From contig CM059432.1 in NCBI GenBank assembly GCA_030390025.1, positions 106,022,001 to 106,086,000 of the forward strand: a stretch of 64,000 nt of DNA, in the 5' to 3' direction. A program made the translations under genes and the position numbers. Every line of letters begins with the position of its first letter. Positions within the stretch are counted from its first letter, which is position 1. Source of the stretch: Squalus acanthias. Lineage: Eukaryota. Shown one piece after another: positions 59,135-64,000 of the stretch. The notes under the pieces were generated by a model. That model saw only the letters and a list, made by a program, of their open reading frames with translations. It was not told the origin of the DNA and searched no databases.

Positions 59135-62100
59135 GCATTGTGGCGCTGGAGCTGCGAATGGATACATACTGGAGCATTCGCGATGCTGAGGACCTCGTGG
59201 ATAGCATGTTTAACCAGTTGGTCACACCGCAGGTAAAGGTTGCACAGGCAGAAAGGGAATGGGTGACCACCAGGCAGAGTAGTAGGCGCAGGCAGGTAGT
59301 GCAGGAGTCACCTGTGGACATCCCCCTCTCAAACAGATATACCGGTTTGGATACTATTGAGAGGGATGGCTTATCAGGGGAAGGCAGCAGCAGCCAACTT
59401 CCTGGCACCAGGGGCGGTTCTGCTGCACAGAACGGGAGGAAAAAGAGGGGTAGAGCTATAGTGATAGGGGATTCTATTGTAAGGGGAATAGATAGGCGTT
59501 TCTGCGGCCGCAAACGAGACTCCAGGATGGTGTGTTGCCTCCCTGGTGCAAGGGTCAAGGATGTCTCAGAGCGGCTGCAGAACATTTTGGAAGGGGAGGG
59601 TGAACAGCCAGTTGTCGTGGTGCATATAGGTACCAACGATATAGGTAAAAAAACGGGATGAGGTCCTAAAAGCTGAATATAGGGAGTTAGGAGGTAAATT
59701 AAAAAATAGGACCTCAAAGGTAGTAATCTCAGGATTGCTACCAGTGCCACGTGCTAGTCAGAGTAGAAATAGAAGGATATTTCAGATGAATACGTGGCTA
59801 GAGGAATGGTGCAAGGGGGAGGGATTCAAATTCCTGGGACATTGGAACCGGTTCTGGGGGAGGTGGGACCAGTACAAATCGGACGGTTTGCACCTGGGCA
59901 GGACCGGGACCGATGTCCTTGGGGGAGTGCTTACTAGTGCTCTGGGGGAGGGTTTAAACTAAAATGGCAGGGGTTGGGAACCTGAGCAGGGAGACAGAGG
60001 AAAGGGAAACAAGGATAGAAGCAAAAGTCAGGAAGGAAAAAAACAAAGTGTCAGTCAGAGAAATCAAGGGTTTAAATCAAACGTGGCCACAGTAAATAAT
60101 AATTCTAAAAGGTCTATGAGCGTTAGAAAAACAAGCCTGAAGGCTTTGAGTCTTAATGCGAGAAGCATTCATAATAAGGTGGATGAATTAGCTGCGCAAA
60201 TAGAGGTAAACGAATATGATATGATTGGGATTACGGAAACATGGCTCCAGGGTGACCAAGGCTGGGAACTCAACATACAGGGGTATTCAATATTCAGGAA
60301 AAATAGGCAAAAAGGAAAAGGAGGTGGGGTAGCATTGCTGGTTAAAGAGGGGATTAACACAATTGTAAGGAAGGATATTAGCTCTGATGATGTGGAATCT
60401 GTATGGGTAGAACTGAAAAATACCATGGGGCAGAAAACGCTAGTGGGAGTGGTGTATAGACCCCCAAACAGTAATACGGAGGTTGGGGATGGCATTAAAA
60501 GGGAAATTAGAGAAGCGTGCAATAAGAGCACAGCAGTTATCATGGACGACTTTAATCTACATATAGATTGGGCTAACCAAATTAGTAACAATACTGTGGA
60601 GGAGGAATTCCTGGAGTGTATATGGGATGGTTTCCTGGACCAATATGTCGAGGAACCAACTGGAGATCAGGCCATCTTAGACTGGGTATTATGTAATGAG
60701 AAAGGATTAATTAGCAATCTTGTTGTGCGAGGCCCCTTGGGGAGGAGCGATCATAATATGATCGAATTCTTCATTAAGTTGGAGAGTGAAGCAGTTGACT
60801 CAGAGACTAGGGTCCTGAATTTAAATAAAGGAAACTACGATGACATGAGGCGCAAGCTGGGTAGGATTGATTGGGGAATGTCACTCAAAGGGTTGATGGT
60901 GGATAGGCAATGGCAAACATTCAAAGATCGCATGAATGAACTACAGAATTTGTTCATCCCAGTTTGGCATAAAAACAAAAACACAAAAGGTGACTCAACC
61001 GTGGCTAACAAAGGAAATTAGGGATAGCATAAGATCCAAGGAGAGGACATATAAATTGGCCAGAAAAAGCAGAAAACCTGAGGATTGGGAGCAGTATAGG
61101 ATTCAGCAAAGAAGGACAAAGGGATTAATTAAGAGGGGGGAAATAGAGTATGAGAGTAAGCTTGCAGGTAACATAAAAACTGACTGTAAAAGCTTTTATA
61201 CATATGTGAAGAGAAAAAGATTAGTGAAGTCAAGCGTAGGTCCCTTGCAGTCAGAATCAGGGGAATTTATAATGGGGAACAAAGAAATAGCAGACCAATT
61301 AAATACATACTTTGGTTCTGTCTTCACAAAGGAGGACACAAATAACCTCCCAGAGATGTCGGGGAACATAGGGTCTAATGAGAGGGAGGAACTGAAAGAA
61401 ATCAGTATTTGCAGGGAAATAGTGTTAGGGAAATTGACGGGATTGAAGGCCGATAAATCCCCAGGGCCTGATAATCTACATCCTAGGGTACTTAAGGAAG
61501 TGCCCCTAGAAATAGTAGATGCATTGCTGGTCATCTTCCAAAATTCGATAGACTCTGGAACAGTACCCGTGGATTGGAGGGTAGCTAATGTTACCCCACT
61601 ATTCAAAAAGGATGGTAGAGAGAAAATGGGGAATTATAGACCGGTAAGCCTGACATCGGTAGTGGGGAAAATGCTAGAGTCCATTATAAAAGATGTAATA
61701 GCAGAGCTCTTGGAAAACAGTGACAGGATCGGACAAAGTCAACATGGATTTTCAAAAGGTAAATCGTGCTTGACTAATCTACTGGAATTTTTTGAGGATG
61801 TAACTGGTAAAATAGATAAGGGAGAACCAGTGGATGTGGTGTATTTGGACTTTCAGAAGGCTTTCGATAAGGTCCCGCATAAGAGATTAGCGCGCAAAGT
61901 TAAAGCACATGGGACTGGGGGTAAGGTACTGTCTTGGATAGAGAACTGGTTGGCAGACAGAAAGCAAAGAGTTGGAATAAATGGGTCTTTTTCCGAGTGG
62001 CAGGCAGTGACTAGTGGGGTACCGCAGGGATCGGTCCTAGGACCCCAGCTATTCACAATATATATTAATGATCTAGACGAGGGAATTGGATGTAATATCT

Positions 62101-63039
62101 CCAAGTTTGCAGACGACACAAAGCTGGGTGGGAGTGTGTGCCGTGAGGAGGATGCAGAGAAACTCCAGTATGATTTGGACAGGTTGGGTGATTGGGCAGA
62201 AGCATGGCAGATGCAATATAATGTGGATAAATGCGAGGTTATCCACTTTGGTGTCAAAAACAGGAAGGCAGATTATTATCTGAATGGCAATAGATTGGGA
62301 GAAGGGGAAGTGCAACGAGACCTGGGTGTCCTTGTGCACCAGTCGCTGAAGGTAAGCATGCAGGTGCAGCAGGTGGTTAAGGCGGCAAATGGTATGTTGG
62401 CCTTCGTAGCGAAAGGGTTCGAGTACAGGAACAAGGATGTCTTGCTGCAGTTGTACAGGGCCTTGGTGAGACCACACCTTGAGTATTGTGTGCAGTTTTG
62501 GTCGCCTTATCTGAGGAAGGATGTTCTTGCCATGGAGGGAGTGCAGCGAAGATTCACCAGGCTGATACCTGGGATGGCAGGAATGACGTATGAGGAGAGA
62601 TTGGGTCGATTGGGCTTATACTCACTGGAGTTTAGAAGAATGAGAGGGGATCTCATTGAAACTTATAAAATTCTAACAGGACTAGACAGACTAGATGCAG
62701 GAAGGATGTTCCCGATGGCTGGGGAGTCCAGAACCAGGGGTCACAGTCTAAGGATAAGGGGTAAGCCATTTAGGACTGAGATGAGGAGGAATTTCTTCAC
62801 CCAGAGAGTGGTGAACCTGTGGAATTCTCTACCACAGAAGGCAGTAGAGGCCAATTCATTAAATATATTCAAGAAGGAGTTAGATATATTTCTTAAAGCT
62901 AAAGGGATCAAGGGATATGGGGAGAAGGCAGGGACAGGGTACTGAATTTGGATGATCAGCCATGATCTCATTGAATGGCGGGGCAGGCTCGAGGGGCTGA
63001 ATGGCCTACTCCTGCTCCTATCTTCTATGTTTCTATGTT
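59135..63039 (+). mobile_element. Near full-length CR1 LINE: ORF1 with SGNH/GDSL esterase domain, ORF2 APE + RT; antisense within an ENPP2 intron
   Basis: ORF1 IGDSIVRG, HIGTND, DGLHL (frameshift in A-run ~59647-59654). ORF2 LNARSI, GITETW, YRPP, SDHN, then RT YLDFQKAFDKV, KFADDTK (frameshift ~60970-60995). Tail ttctatgtttctatgtt. Confidence 0.95.
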
Positions 63040-63573
63040 AAGTAATTCCACCAGAGCAGGAGGAACGCCAACGAATTTTGCAGCCAATGTAAATGTATAG
63101 GATAAGACAAAACAACAGGAGAGGGACTCAAGTATGAGGGTGCAAGGAGAGAGAAAGGCAAAGCATTTAGCCTCCTTTCATGGCACATTTCATAATCACC
63201 ATTTTGTGATTTATGTTCATTATCAGATGTGCTGTGATTATATGGGCATTGTAAACTGGGTCTGGAGCAGCACCATTTTTGATGTGCAACTGTTTAAGTT
63301 CTTGCTCTACTAATAGATGAAAGGCTGCATGAAGAAGTCACAAAAGAAAATCGAGTCAAACTGCTAGCAAATTTGCTGGATATGCTAAAACTAAGCTCTT
63401 CAGGTCCTCATATTACATGTCATACTTGTTGAAATGGTCGGTGTAGTTAATCTCGAGTAAAATGGTATCAGTAAATAGCTAATCTCAGGTCAACACAGAG
63501 GCAAGCTATCAAAGTGTAAATAAATGCATTGCCTTATATTTAAACAGGACAAAAACAAAAAGGCTAGGCTTAC

Positions 63574-63706
63574 CGTATTATTTTATCAAGTGTGTCATAG
63601 AGACCATCATAGTCATAATCAAACACGGGACCACTTATGACATTAATTCCATTCCGTTCTGTTGCCAGTTTTTTCACCATTACCTTGTGAAAGTAGTTCC
63701 ACACTT
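63574..63706 (-). CDS. ENPP2: ENPP2 third-from-last coding exon (133 nt)
   Basis: [43 protein letters not shown] with the nuclease-like domain EF-hand DxDxDG. Acceptor ..gtgcag, donor GTAAGC. Confidence 0.95.
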
Positions 63707-64000
63707 CTGCACAACAGCAATCAGAACAGAAAAATAACAGTTGGTGAAAACAATACAATTCTTAACACAAAGTTCAAATATAACTGACATTACTTAGCAA
63801 CAAAGTGAGCCTCTGTTTACAACAGGCATCTCACAAACACTTAAAAACGCTATTGATATATTTTAATGTAAAAGTAACCTGAACCTGACCACCTACAATT
63901 TGTTGAACACCACAAAAACTACTGAAGGATTGTACAACAGCCAGTTAGCAACAGTTTGATGGGTTTACACATCATCAACTAACATTTTCATGCTGTAATG

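Overview
Vertebrate (very likely shark/elasmobranch) genomic DNA, mostly transposable elements. The only host gene is the 3' end of ENPP2/autotaxin on the minus strand (last three coding exons: 63574-63706, 54738-54891, 37961-38131). Its last intron holds a ~10.75 kb 9-bp minisatellite (GGTGATGAR)n. Downstream of the gene is a dense PIF/Harbinger cluster. Two full-length copies lie in inverted orientation (10549-14693 and 17041-23834), each with an intact DDE transposase, a three-exon Myb/SANT gene, TIRs and an ATA target duplication in a shared target context. The second copy carries a 5'-truncated Penelope-like retroelement (RT + GIY-YIG, 11-bp TSD, minimal hammerhead ribozyme) inserted in frame with the last Myb/SANT exon, giving a 970-codon chimeric ORF. 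Also present: nested CR1 and L2/CR1-like LINEs (one CR1 apparently split by an 8.6-kb block resembling a 3' transduction), a solo LTR with 4-bp TSD, an HE1/V-SINE, a Deu-SINE-like tail and several Harbinger-type MITEs. All calls were made by eye from motifs and internal comparisons; no database searches were run.
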